The notes beneath the pieces were generated by a model that saw nothing but the letters and a program-made list of their open reading frames with translations, searched no databases and had not been told where the DNA came from. The position numbers were made by a program, and so were the translations under genes. This document shows, piece by piece, positions 25,001 to 44,460 of a stretch of DNA of 64,000 nt. Numbering within the stretch: position 1 is the first letter of the stretch; each line of letters starts with the position of its first letter. This stretch comes from Balanoglossus misakiensis (Eukaryota > Animalia > Hemichordata), in the NCBI GenBank assembly GCA_040954595.2, contig CM082588.2, forward strand, positions 8,726,844 through 8,790,843. Reading direction: 5' to 3'.

Positions 25001-26194
25001 GGCGTCAAGAGGAGGAAAGCGAAACGAGGAATTATCGCCGAGATATGGCATTTGTCATGTAAATACAGAGAAAAGATTTGAAGGTATTTCCGATCAGGCG
25101 TTGAATGGTTTTCGATAAGATTGTTATAGTATACTACAGAGGCCGTTCCAGCCATTTAAACGTCATTCGGAGACACCTGTGCAGTTGACTAAGATGTGAC
25201 AAACACGTAGCAAGCCATTTTGGGTTTTGTCTCTTCTCCTGAGCTAATTCACAATCAACAGGCCATACATACCACAAGCTTTACTGTGTGTGGCTACGCT
25301 ACCATCGAACTTTATAACAACAATAGTTTACAATTGAAACCATACATGGCAGCTCATAAAACACATCAAGACCCCGCCCTAAAAAAACAGCTTAAAAAAC
25401 CCTCTTAGAGGGAAAATTCCTCTGAAAAAGCGTTAGGTCACTGAACCAGAACAGAAGAGAAAAGAAAAAAAAAAATATTTAACTGATCAAAAGGCGACTC
25501 GACTGGCCAGTGGTAGCTCGTAGACTGACCTGATTACCCCACCTACTTGATATTCATACTCCTATAAACGGCGGCCTCACGAAACAACAAAACATTTATT
25601 TCTCACTATACGTTGTACCTTGAGAAATAACATATTGTGTGTAGCCGGACTCAAATCTGGGAACTGTTATTTATGAGAGGGCTTCAGTTGCAACCGAAAG
25701 TAGCTTAAATAATTTATGAAAAATAGAACAAAGGATGTATTTTCTTAAAAAGTGTTGGCGTTTTCGTAAAAGGGGGAAAGCGGGAAAATAGAACTCAATC
25801 TGGAGATCGTTTCGACGCATCGATCTGTGACGTCACGCAATACTGTCGGTCAGCGTAATCTCGGGGCATATATGTCTGTGTAGGCAATAAAGTCGGAGGG
25901 TTTTGAAAATATGACTGCAGATTATTTAAATTGGGGCAGGTGTGAATTGTTTATTTAAAGTCAGTCCCACAATGAAGTGGAGCCTGAAAACACGAAACTG
26001 AAATGAGCCTTAACTATACCCGTCGGACTTGTGTGCAGTACAGTTGTGAAGCTATGCCCGCTATGATCATATACACGCACAAGGTCTGTAAAGATTGTGT
26101 TGTGGGGTACGGTCTGGTGGTGTGGAATTTGTTAATGTGTTACTTATTTAGTCTGTTTCTTAAGGACACGGGGTCAGATAAAACCGCCCCATTT

Positions 26195-26337
26195 GCCTAT
26201 AAAATCAATCGAGGGGTTTTAGTTAGGCGTCTGGGATGACCACCCGGACAGTTTGTCCACCGTTTTTGAGCTAACCAGTTCTATAGATGTCGAGGAAATC
26301 TACTATTGGAAATTTTGCCTCGTCGACAACGGTAAGT
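26195..26337 (+). promoter_or_regulatory. Possible promoter and non-coding first exon of the NEURL4-like gene
   Basis: cctataaaat near 26196, followed about 130 nt later by a strong donor acg|gtaagt at 26331/26332; acceptors at 28091 or 28114 precede the ATG at 28121. Motif evidence only. Confidence 0.35.
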
Positions 26338-28120
26338 TAAATACGAGTAACTAAACACACCTACTAGCATGCGCATGGCTATTCAGCACAGAAGAGTCAG
26401 GTCAGAAAAAAGTATGATCGCGTTTTATTGTTTATTGTGCCATATAGCGCCTGAATTGGTAGTATACGGGAAATTGAATTGTATTTCATCGGATAGGAAC
26501 TGGGGACCTCCCATACCAATTTTAAGAGTGTCTCGCAGATAACCACTACAATCGGCCGAATCCCCGCGTCAAATCTTTCAACAAGTATTACGTGTGGAAT
26601 TTTTATGCAACACGGTGTTTCAGAGACGGGAAGGAAGCGTCACTATTTTTTTCAGCAAAAAATAAAAATCGATTTCGGATAAAGACCTTACTTCCGCATA
26701 ACATGCAGTGGTTTGTCAAGTTCACAAAAGTTTGTTTTAGTTTTTATGGAGAAATACTATCGTCAATATTGTTTTATGTTTGAGGTGAAATACTTCTCCG
26801 TGGTATGTCTTCAAATTTCTTGTGCCAGGTACGGGTGGTATTCGGGTGTTTTAATATTGATTGTTGCATTCATCTGTTGTGTGTTTACGTCAGAGCTCCC
26901 AATTGCCTTATCACGTAAGCCGCAATATTTAACAATAAGGGTGATGAAAAGGTGACATGCCGCATATCATGACATAAAGCCGCCTAAAGTGAGTGATAAT
27001 AAGGTACACTGTGTCACCTATAAATATCGATCAGCAACATTTAACAACATCATTAAATATAAGCCCCCCTACAGAGATTAATTTGCATTGGGCCTCCACT
27101 GACACGCCAGACGGAGCATGAAACAATTCACCCAAGAAGAGAATAAAATGATGATCACAGTCGACAACAAAATATCAAAATCAATGATTCGTGGACAATC
27201 TATTGAAAATAGCAATTCACAATGCGTGCATTAATTACACTCTCGCAACGCGCATATATAATACACCGGGTTGTCGCTCAGAGCTCTTTCTTTGGCGGAA
27301 ATGAAACGTTAACGGCTACTGAGGACACATTTACATTAATTCGCATGGCGAAACCTGTTGTAGACTTTTGAACCTTGCTCAATGGTCAATCGAAAAATTC
27401 ATTAAGTTTGACTCCCATCGTCGATCTGGGCGTCTTGCCCCCTGACCTCAATCGACCGACCTGAACAATAAGGACGTGTATGGCATACCTATAGCCTATC
27501 CGTTTCCTTGTAGACAAGACATGTTTGAATGACCGATGACGTCGTAAGCTTTGAAGTTTTGATAAACTTGGATTTGCAGTGTGCATTTTTAAACATTTAG
27601 CAGTTTATACATGATTACAGAAGCATCGTATTCAGTCGGCCCAGGATCACGTACACTACACTACACTACTGCACATACAAAAGCGCCAGGCAGCTGAGGG
27701 TTTACATCTGGCAGACTCCCCAACAGCCCCAACTTTTACTGTTATCATTTTCACAAAATTTAACACACAGCTCAGGCAAGTAAATTTAAATTAGTGGTCA
27801 AATAAAATTATGTGGTCACCATGCTCTATTATGAGATAAATTGCGTTAAAATTTTCGCCCATAGACAAACCATTGGTGAAAAATGCTGAGTCAGCAGTTT
27901 TCTTCTATTATCAACTAAATTCATGGCTCTGCATTACAAAAACAAGCGCGGTGACCCCTATATTTTATCACAGATTTTCATTATACATGTACATACACAG
28001 GATAATCCAAAAATCCACAATTAAAAGAAATGACCATACTTCAATTTTAGTGAACGTACATCCTTAAATGCTTAATATCCTTTCGGCCTAGATTTGTTGC
28101 CATAACAACCGCAGGGCAAT

Positions 28121-35238
<7,118 letters not shown>

Positions 35239-36609
35239 AAGTGTGGATGTTGTCACGTGAGAATTGTGCGTGCATCGATATCGATACCACCCATTCAATG
35301 TCAAAATTCGTAACTGCTATCCTCTTTGCCCATTTATAACGATCTTCCGTGTGCTTTGGGGCGATTTCTGAGAGGGACTACGCATTCTACACGCTAAATC
35401 CAATTTCGAGCTACCTTTTGCTGCTCACTGAATAGTACAGGTGCTGTGATTGGTTGCCTGCCTGGCATATGCCTTCGTTTGAAACATTTAAATTAGAGCC
35501 TAATTTAAATGTTTCAAGCGAACTCATTTGCAACCAATCACAGGCCCGGTACTTTCCAGCGGACAGTGTATATCTGAGTAAGATGAAATAACGTCTGCGT
35601 GACTACTAAATTATCTGGTACCATACTAAGCCTGTCATAAAACAGTTATTGCCGAATAAACGGACATCGACAATTCGACATAATGTATTTTATAATAGTT
35701 TATCCTTGTGACAAGTTTGAAACATTCGTCATCCGACAATCAGGCCAAGACGATTTCATGTGGCAACTGGCCCTTTGGTGACCGCCCAATCTTCAATCAC
35801 GTGCGTTTCGATTGAAAAGTGGCGCAACAATTTTGGCCAAATTACTAGTTAAATACCGGTAAACAAAACATTTCAAGATTAAACAGGTGTGCAGCTTTAA
35901 TTTTAAACACGTGATTCTCGCGGTTTCGAGAATGGGGCCAAGTTGCGACTGATAATTGCCTGTGCAATAATTTTGGCCAAGTTGCCAGTAAAATTTACAA
36001 TGATTTCCGAGATTTTTTTCTGTGTTTTGTGATTGTGGAATAATTTTGGCCGAGTTCCCAGTTAAGTTTACAAAAATTCTTGATATTTTGGATATTTTGT
36101 GTGTGTGTGTTTTGTAATCGAGAAAAATTAACTTTTGGCCAACGTGCTAGAGTTAAATTTTCAACAATTCTCAAGATTTTTGTGTGAGTTTTTCTCCGAA
36201 AGTAAATACATGTACTAGTATAGCAACGCATTCTCAGAAATTTGCACATTTTGTGTCTGTCAGAATTCTTATTTGATGCGTTCGTTTTATATTGATTTGT
36301 TTGTAATGTGTGTTCCTCCGCGGATGTAGCGAGTTGGTTTGTGATGTATTTTCAGCCTTTGGAAACTGAATAAAAAAGTTTCTACCATTCAAACAAAATA
36401 TAATTGCTTCTAATGGTGTCAGTGGTAGACAAATCGCATAATTAAATTTCCTTCGGTGCCCAAAATAAAATTGGTCAAACGCTTCACACAAAATTGCCCG
36501 TTTATTAATTATGCGAGGCCTATTATAAACATTTTTAAAAAGTGAAATATGTTTTTCGCAAGATTGTTGTGGAAATGTTTGGCAAATGCACATTAATTTC
36601 CGACAAAGC

Positions 36610-36966
36610 TTGTGATTGGCATTAGGCGTCTCCAGCACCAGTGGGAGGGAGGGAGGGAGAGAGAGAAAGTTTGTAATTTTTTGGCACTAATGCAATTGCA
36701 AGTATATGCATCGAAAAAATTAATTCTCTGATACTCCGATACATTTGGCAATTTGTGTAGAAACAAAACGGCGACTTTCATGTGACGTTGAGGGCGATGT
36801 GGAACTGTGGTGTAATGGTGGACAAAATGGCGGACCTACTAGAAATGTTGTGCACTTTCATCGTGGATTAAATGGATCGCCTGGCCCTTATAATGGAAAT
36901 ATTATTCATGAAATTTGGTTCCAAGTATTGGCCAGCGGTCCGGTGCAAGTTTCATCTAAGGTAGGA
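36610..36966 (+). promoter_or_regulatory. Putative promoter and first exon of the duplicated transcription unit
   Basis: gattgg (CCAAT) near 36614, tgacgt near 36783, YY1-like AAAATGGCGG at 36824-36833 and donor aag|gtagga at 36960/36961. The same arrangement occurs at 53385-53741. Confidence 0.55.
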
Positions 36967-37949
36967 GAATGTTTATCCTTCTGTCTGTCGTTCTAATTCG
37001 CAGGCAGTGAGTGGAACGTTTAGACTTTTTACTGCCCCTGGCATGGCTGCCCATTCCCATAGAATTTCACAACTTTCACACATGTACTCAAGTTAAGCCA
37101 CTTTATTAATTAATAAAATTATTTGCTTGCCGTCCTGAGATTTTTCATAAACCTTCCAGCTAGCAGAGTCCTGCTTATAAAATGCTATTTTCAAGGCATT
37201 TTATGCCATTTTCATGTTTGATGTACCCATTAATACCAAAGACAAGTTTGATTGCTACTGTAGGAATATTCCTATGGGCGGGTACGGTATACCAATGTAA
37301 TGTGCCATAAAATGGTGAAATATGTGTTCTTGGGGCAATTTTTGCTGTATTTAGCCGATTTGGCACCTAACACACCACAAATTGTAACATAATTTTTCCT
37401 TGAGAACACATTTTGTAGAGGTACCTAATACAACATGTACCCGGATCCAACTTGTGGAAATATGCCTAAATTTGCATAAATCCAATATGGCTGCCAGCAT
37501 TCCTATGATACCAGTGTTTGGCCACATATCAATAAATAAACATGATATTTTAGTAATTTATAAGTTTAAATCTACATCTTATGCTTGGGGAATATTAAAT
37601 ATTCAATATTTTACATAGCATAAATCCAATAACAGTTTTTTGCCATCTGTCAAGTATTTACATGTAGCAAACTATGAGTTAAAAAGCTGGAAATTATTTT
37701 TTGGGCATGGAAAGCTCGTTGGGGATATAATATTGTGGTACTTTTGATAACTTGCATAAATTGATTTTGCTTTTGACCTGAAGTAAATTTGATGGCAAAA
37801 GTCAATGGGTGCATGGTTGCAAAGAAAAAAATCAACAAGTTGGTGTCATGCAATTTCAATAAGCATGTCTGGATCGCCTTTGGAATGCCTTGTTTTGACA
37901 CCATTTTGTTCAAGAAGTCTGGTGACCTAGTTGGTGAATGATTGCAATG

Positions 37950-38520
37950 TTTATTCTTCTCGTTTGATAAATATGCATCTTTCTTCTCTATTTTTTTATG
38001 ACCATTTCATTTCTCCTGTGAAGTGCACCTTCTGTCATCTGTAATTTTGTTCTCCTGAAATGCATACTATTTCTAGTTGATGGTGCATTCTCAGAACCAT
38101 CAGACACCATAGCAGCTTTTCCATAGTTCTGTATACCCACATACAGAAGTTCTCATTTGACAAATATGCATCTTTCTTCTCTATTATTTAATGACCATTT
38201 CATTTGTCCTGTGAAGAGCACCTTCTGTCATCTGTAATTTTGTTCTCGTAAAATGCATACTATTTCTAGTTGATGGTGCATTCTCAAAACCAGCAGGTTT
38301 TCCATAGTTCTGTGTACCCACATACAGAAGTTCTCATTTGACAAATATTCATCTTTCTTCTATATTATATAATGACCATTTCATTTGTCCAGTGAAGAGC
38401 TTCTTCTTTCATCTGTAATTTTGTTCTCCTGAAATGCATACTATTTCTAGTTGATGGTGCATTCTCAGAACCATCAGACACCACCACAGCTTTTCCATGG
38501 TTCCGTATTACCCACATACC
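37950..38520. repeat. Tandem repeat, about 180-195-bp unit, three copies
   Basis: ttctcatttgacaaatatgcatctttc...tcatctgtaattttgttctc...gatggtgcattctcagaaccatc recurs near 37955, 38150 and 38331; two units in copy 2 (about 54730-55690). Confidence 0.85.
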
Positions 38521-39609
38521 ACTGGAAGACACTTTCATACATGTACGTTTTCCTTTCTCCCTTGTGGAATTTGATGGAGTAGTGAACTGCTATCGTTGAC
38601 AGTCAACTTCGATTTGGCCAGCAGCACCTTGTGGCAGGAGTTCCCACATGGCATTAGCTAATGCTATCTTATGTTGATGGTGCATTCTCAGAACCATCAA
38701 ACACTACAAATGGTTTTTCACAGTGCCCCCTCACATACTGAGCAGACCTCTGAAAGATAAATTTTTCCTTTCCCCATGGACAAGTGATCTGTAATTTTGT
38801 TCTCCTGAACTATTTGTAGATATAGATATTTTCTGTGCAATTCCTCTTACCCACGATTTCCATACTGAAAGTTTTGATTTTGTGCTCAATATTGTTTTTA
38901 ACTTTCTTGCAGGAGGATTTTTCTGTGTGATCTGACAATTCTTGGGGGAAGTTTACAGAAATGGATGTACATTGCTACAGCTGAGCATTGAGAAGGGAAG
39001 TATATTTTTTATATATTTTATTCTTATGCATGGTAGCTAGCTACAGTGATTATTGCCGGATGATGCAGAATAGAAAACACCAGCCAACTCCAAAACATGG
39101 TAAGCATCTGCTATATTCAGTTTGAGTGTACTTCAGTGATGTTCAAATGCAATTATATGGTAAGGAGGATGAGTGTAGTGTTTTGATCACACCATTCGGC
39201 ATGTTGAAATTGGACCAGTTATTTCTTAAAATCAACAGCAATTGAAACTCAGGAATTTAAGAATGATGCATGTAAGAGCTGTGTATTAAATGTTGAAAGA
39301 GAACTGTACAATGGATTGAACATAGAGTATCTTTCACTGAATACCAGTGCATTGGGTTTTTTCATCATAAAGGTAAGAGTGTAGTTTGTAGACTGTAGTT
39401 TTATTTAAAACAGAACATTTTAATCAAGTGTGAAATACAGAAAAACTTCAATAATAGACAGGGATAGGTATCAAATTTATGTTACTGCTGGAAATTATAA
39501 TTGTGAGTCTGTATAGGATAAGGTATGATAAAGTTTCAAAATACATATTAAACAATAATACCCCTTGTATAAATTAATACAAATATGACACCTTGATGAT
39601 AAAGATTAG

Positions 39610-40060
39610 GTAATAATAATGTGCACAATAAGGATGATGATGATGATGATGATAACAAAAAATACTTTTGATTATAATTTAACAAAAATAATATCTAATA
39701 ATGGTTATAATAATGATCAAGATAATGATGATGATGATGATGATGAAGATGATGATGATAATGATGACGTCATTATAAAATATAACAATAATTATTGTGA
39801 TGTTGATGATAATAATGGTAGAATAAAAAATAATAAAAAGTAATATTTCAATAATGATTACAATAAAAGTGATGCTGATGATGATGATGATGATGATGAT
39901 GGTGGTGATGATGATATGATAACAAAAATTAACAATAATAATGACGAAGATTTTGATGATATTACAAAAATAAAATGTAATAATGATTACGATAATGTTT
40001 ACAATAATGATGGTGATAATGATAATGATTGATGATGATGATGATGATGATGACGATGAT
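39610..40060. repeat. (GAT/AAT)n low-complexity tract
   Basis: Directly visible; further tracts at 41420-41690, 56680-57135 and 58520-58800. Confidence 0.95.
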
Positions 40061-43000
40061 TACTTTATGGCTGTGTAAGAAAGACACCCATAGCAGTAGT
40101 TTCTGCAAAGTGTATGTCAGCGTGGTCTTGTCAGATTTAGGTGGATCTTCAGGATGCTTTGAGATGAAAACGGTTGAGATGATTATTGTTTGAATGGTAT
40201 TGATGGTGATTATTTGATTCTTAATGGTCTTTATTTAATCCAGAACATTGGGTTTAATGTTGTATCTGCTAGCCTTAGCATTGTGGTTGTTGTGGTACAA
40301 AGTAACAGAATAATAATGTTAGTGAAGGTTTCATTTAACCATAAATATAACACAGAGATGTATTTTCATCTAAACAGTCAGTCAGTCACATTCATTTTAA
40401 ATATTCAACAGAATTGGTAGCCTAAACACTATGCATAGTTGATTATTGTATACTTTGTGATTCTGTGTACAGAGTTTTGTGAGGCACATGATTGTGTAAA
40501 AGCAAGAGTAAGATGATCCCAGTACATTGAGCTGTTGGTGAAAACATTTATGACTGGTGTAGATAAAAATCATTGATATGACTGTTTTTGATGAATTCAA
40601 TAAACTTTTCTTTTTTCCATAGGAATGTGCGTCTTCTGATGGTGACACTGCAGTTGGATAGACTGTGGTATTTAATGTGTTTTTGTGTAATATTGCATGT
40701 TGGTGTCCCCATTCTGACCTGGCCAGTCAGATTTGGGGATGTCATTACATACCTTGCACTCACAAACATAACATACTGTACAAGTACCACTCTCTCAGAG
40801 TGATAAGTCATAGTTTCTGATTTATCAAACTGGTTTAATTGTCATCATGATTTATTTGTATTGAATGCATGATTTCATTCCAGATTATTAAATAACCATT
40901 ACTTTATATAGGATTTGTATTCAGATGTGTACCTGTATTTAATTGTGCTAAATAGTAATAAAATCCAGTCAGTTTCACCAACAGCTCATTGTCTTTCCCC
41001 CTTATCACCAATGCAGTGAGCATTCATTTGTATTGGGAAGAAATTTACATAGCAACATTTTCTGTTTGGGAAAATAATCAAATAAATGTACATTCAGAGT
41101 GTATGATGTCAGCTGTGCATAGTAATAATTATCATTTGAATGTTTATTATTACAATATTCTTAGACCTACTTCAAAATATTGATGATAATTAACATACAA
41201 AGGGAAAATACAGTTAGATTAATAATCAGGAGACAGTAGACTTTTATATTATCATTGGTTTAAAGTTTCTGATTGTCATGGGTCCTTTACTAAATTGTGT
41301 TTTCATTCCTTAATGTTTGTTGGTGATGGTGATGGCAATTTTTATGTTAATTGTTAATACTAGTTGTTATGGTGATGACATTTATGGTTGTACTGATGTT
41401 GATGGCGGTCGTTGTGGTAGTGATGATGATGAAAATGAATGAACAAAAATAAGATGACAATGATGATGATGCTGCTGCTGCTGCTGATGATGATGATAAT
41501 AATGATGAAATGATAATGATGATGAAGATGATGATGATGACGATGATAGTGATGATGATAAATAAATAATAATATTATGATGATAATAATGACAAATAAA
41601 CAATAAGATAATAATAATGAATAACAAAATTAAGATGGTGATGATGAGGATGACTATGATGGCAATGATGATGATGATGATGATTAAAAGATAAGACATG
41701 TTTAATTTGTATTGATGATTGTCAAGTACGCTTAGCTAAAATTAAGTAAAATGTATGGTGATATTAGGGGGTTCTGCTGAAAAGCCTATTAATAATATGT
41801 ACAGTTTCATGTAGGAGTGTGCAGTTTTATTTTAACCCACAACTCTGCAAAAATTGTAATGATTGTAATGATATTCCAGTAGGGAGCTAAAATTAGTAAA
41901 AGGTGTCATATATCAATTACATAACATGTAGAAAGGGGATAACTTGTGTAATGATATTGATGATAATTAGAGTTTTTAGTCTCCCATGGGAGTACGTCAT
42001 TGAGAGTGATTTGTAAACTGAGTGCTGAGCCATGTTTCTCCCATTGAAGTGGAGATAGTTTCACATTTTGTAAGTCTAGTCTATTGGGTAACTAAGTTAG
42101 TAAGTAAATCAGATCCTTGAGTTTTACAATGGACAGTGCCTCAGCCATTGAACTAGCCAACAGATAAAAGGCACACAACACAATGTAATGATACCATAAG
42201 TAGCATAATACCTACCCAGTCTTTGATAATGTATTAATATTTCCTATTTATTATTTGTTGCAGGTGATGGGGTTTGTTGGCAGCCAAGTTGCAGTCTGTA
42301 GCTGTCAGTTATATTTGTCTATTTACACATTTTTTTCTCATTAGTTTCAGATTTCCATGATGCAAAATATCCTCCTGTCCAGACGCCAAGCAGGTAACCA
42401 AGGTAACATAATTCCTGTGGTGTGAGTATGCAAATTAGTTTCGTGTGACCAGCCATTCAAGTACATTCCATCCCTAAACCACAATGAAAATCTGAATGTC
42501 ACAAAAAGCCTAGATCATGATATGGCTTGCAGTCATGTCTTTGTGACGCTTGTGTTTTCCTGGACACTTTGCACTAGTTGCCTTGTATTTTCATCATTTT
42601 TGTCACCATATTGGTGATTCCCTAGAACTAGAAACAACTGAGCACCCAAACGAGAAATAATTATGGACTGGAGCCAAGTTGCAGTCTGTAGCTGTCAGTT
42701 TTATTTGTCTATTTACACATTTTTTTTCTCATTAGTTTCAGATTTCCATGATGCAAAATATCCTCCAGCCCATGATGCAATATATCCTCCAGGCCAGGCG
42801 CCAAAATGGTAACTAGGTAACATAATTCCTGTGGTGTGAGTATGCAAGTTTTGTTTGATTAATCATTGAAGTACAATACATAAACTACAATGAAGATCTG
42901 AGTGTTACCTACACACAGTATGGCATGTTGTATTGTCCATGAAAACAGGAGATCTGCTGCTACATTTTACCATTGTGACGTTTGACACAAACATACTTAT

Positions 43001-43099
43001 TGTTGATACTGCTGTTTAAGCTGCAAACAGTATTGGCAGGTCATGCAGTATAATTATTCAAATATGACTTCACTTCAATTTCTTTAAAACTTAGTACAT

Positions 43100-44460
43100 A
43101 GACAAGAACAGAATGGTTTCTTGTATTGTCCTTGGCAATAGGAGATGATCTGTCCGTGGTGTTGTTTGACTGAAAAATACTTACTACAGGTATAAGCCGT
43201 ATTGACATTATTCATTTTTGCAGATACAGTTTCTCTGATGATCAACACCTGCCAACCACCATGTAGATCTGTGCATGTCTGTCAAGCAGCCATGCAGATT
43301 TTGGAGGTAACATTTAAAGCTGCAAACAACGTTAGCTGGGCATGTGGTACAATTATTCTAATATGACTTTACCTCAATTTCATTGAAACTTGGACAGCAA
43401 TTATTGGTCAAATTTACAGCCACAAAAAGCTGAGATTTCTCCATGCGTTCACGCATAACAGAATGGTTTCTTGTATTGTTCATGGCAACAGGAGATGATC
43501 TGTCCATGTGGTGTTGTTTGACTGAAAAATACTTACCGCAGGTATTGATATATTATTCATTTTTGCAGATAACAGTTTCTCTGATGATCAACATCTACCA
43601 ACCATCATGAAGATAATTTGTGCATGCCTGTCAAGCAGCCACCCAGATTTTGAAGGTAACATCCAAGCTGCAAGCAACGTTAGCTTGGCATGGGTACAAT
43701 TATTCTAATATGACTTGATTTGATATAAATTTCATTAAAAGTTGGCGCGTAGACAATGTACTGTGACATATATATGCACAGTCATTTTTTTTGCAACTTG
43801 ATCCAGTACAGGCACAAAAAGATAAGATTTCTCCATATGTTCACACACGACAGTATGGTGTTTTGTACTGTTCATGATGACATGAGATGATCTGTCCATA
43901 GATGCATTATATTGTTGTGTTGTTTGACTGAAAAATACTTACCACAGGCATTGACATTATTCATTTTTGCAGATAACAGTTTCTCTGATGATCAACATCT
44001 GCCAACCACCATGTCGATCTGTGCATACCTGTCATGCAGCCACCCAGATTTTGAAGGTATCAATTTAAGCTGTAACAGCATTAGCGGGGCATGTAGTACA
44101 TTGATTTATTCAAATTTAACTTGACCTCAATTTCATTTAAACTTGGTACATATAGACAATATGGCATACATGTGGACTGCAATTATTGGTCATGTTTACG
44201 GAAACAAAAAGCTTAGATTTTTTCATACATTTACACACAACAGAATGGCGTCTTGTATTGTCCACGGCATCAACAGATGATCTGTCCAGAGCTGCATTTT
44301 AGTGTTGTGTTGTTTGACTGAAACATACCGGTACTTACCGCAGGTATTGATATTATTCATTTTTACAGGTAACAGTTTCTCTGATGATCAACATCTGCCA
44401 ACCATCACGTCGATCTGTCCTTGCCTGTCAAGCAGCCCTGCAGATTTTGAAGGTAACTTG
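43100..44460 (+). repeat. Tandem array of four ~350-400-bp intron-exon cassettes
   Basis: Each unit reads tgtttgactgaaaaatacttacc..aggtattgacattattcatttttgcag|ataacagtttctctgatgatcaac...cagattttgaag|gtaac. Confidence 0.92.

Larger units (their letters stand above)
36820..44452 (+). ncRNA. Putative multi-exon lncRNA (or decayed gene), copy 1; true 3' end unknown
   Basis: Series of plus-strand acceptor/donor pairs (e.g. 42351-42393, 42742-42808, 43224-43306, 43569-43655, 43973-44056, 44369-44452) with no reading frame conserved between the two copies. Confidence 0.5.

Noticed and set aside
39619-41699. Asp/Asn-rich and poly-Ile/Ser/His ORFs (also 56683-58809)
   Set aside because: Translations of (GAT/AAT)n low-complexity DNA.
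43529-43540. U1 snRNA genes (atacttacc)
   Set aside because: Only the first 9 nt match; the downstream sequence has no U1 stem-loops or Sm site.
43870-43935. Intronic box C/D snoRNAs in the cassettes (atgatga...ctga)
   Set aside because: Box C is present in only a few units, there is no terminal stem and I could not recognise an rRNA-complementary guide. snoscan/Infernal would settle it.
43100-44460. CRISPR-like repeat-spacer array
   Set aside because: Whole ~350-400-bp units are homologous with no unique spacers, the context is eukaryotic and there are no cas genes.
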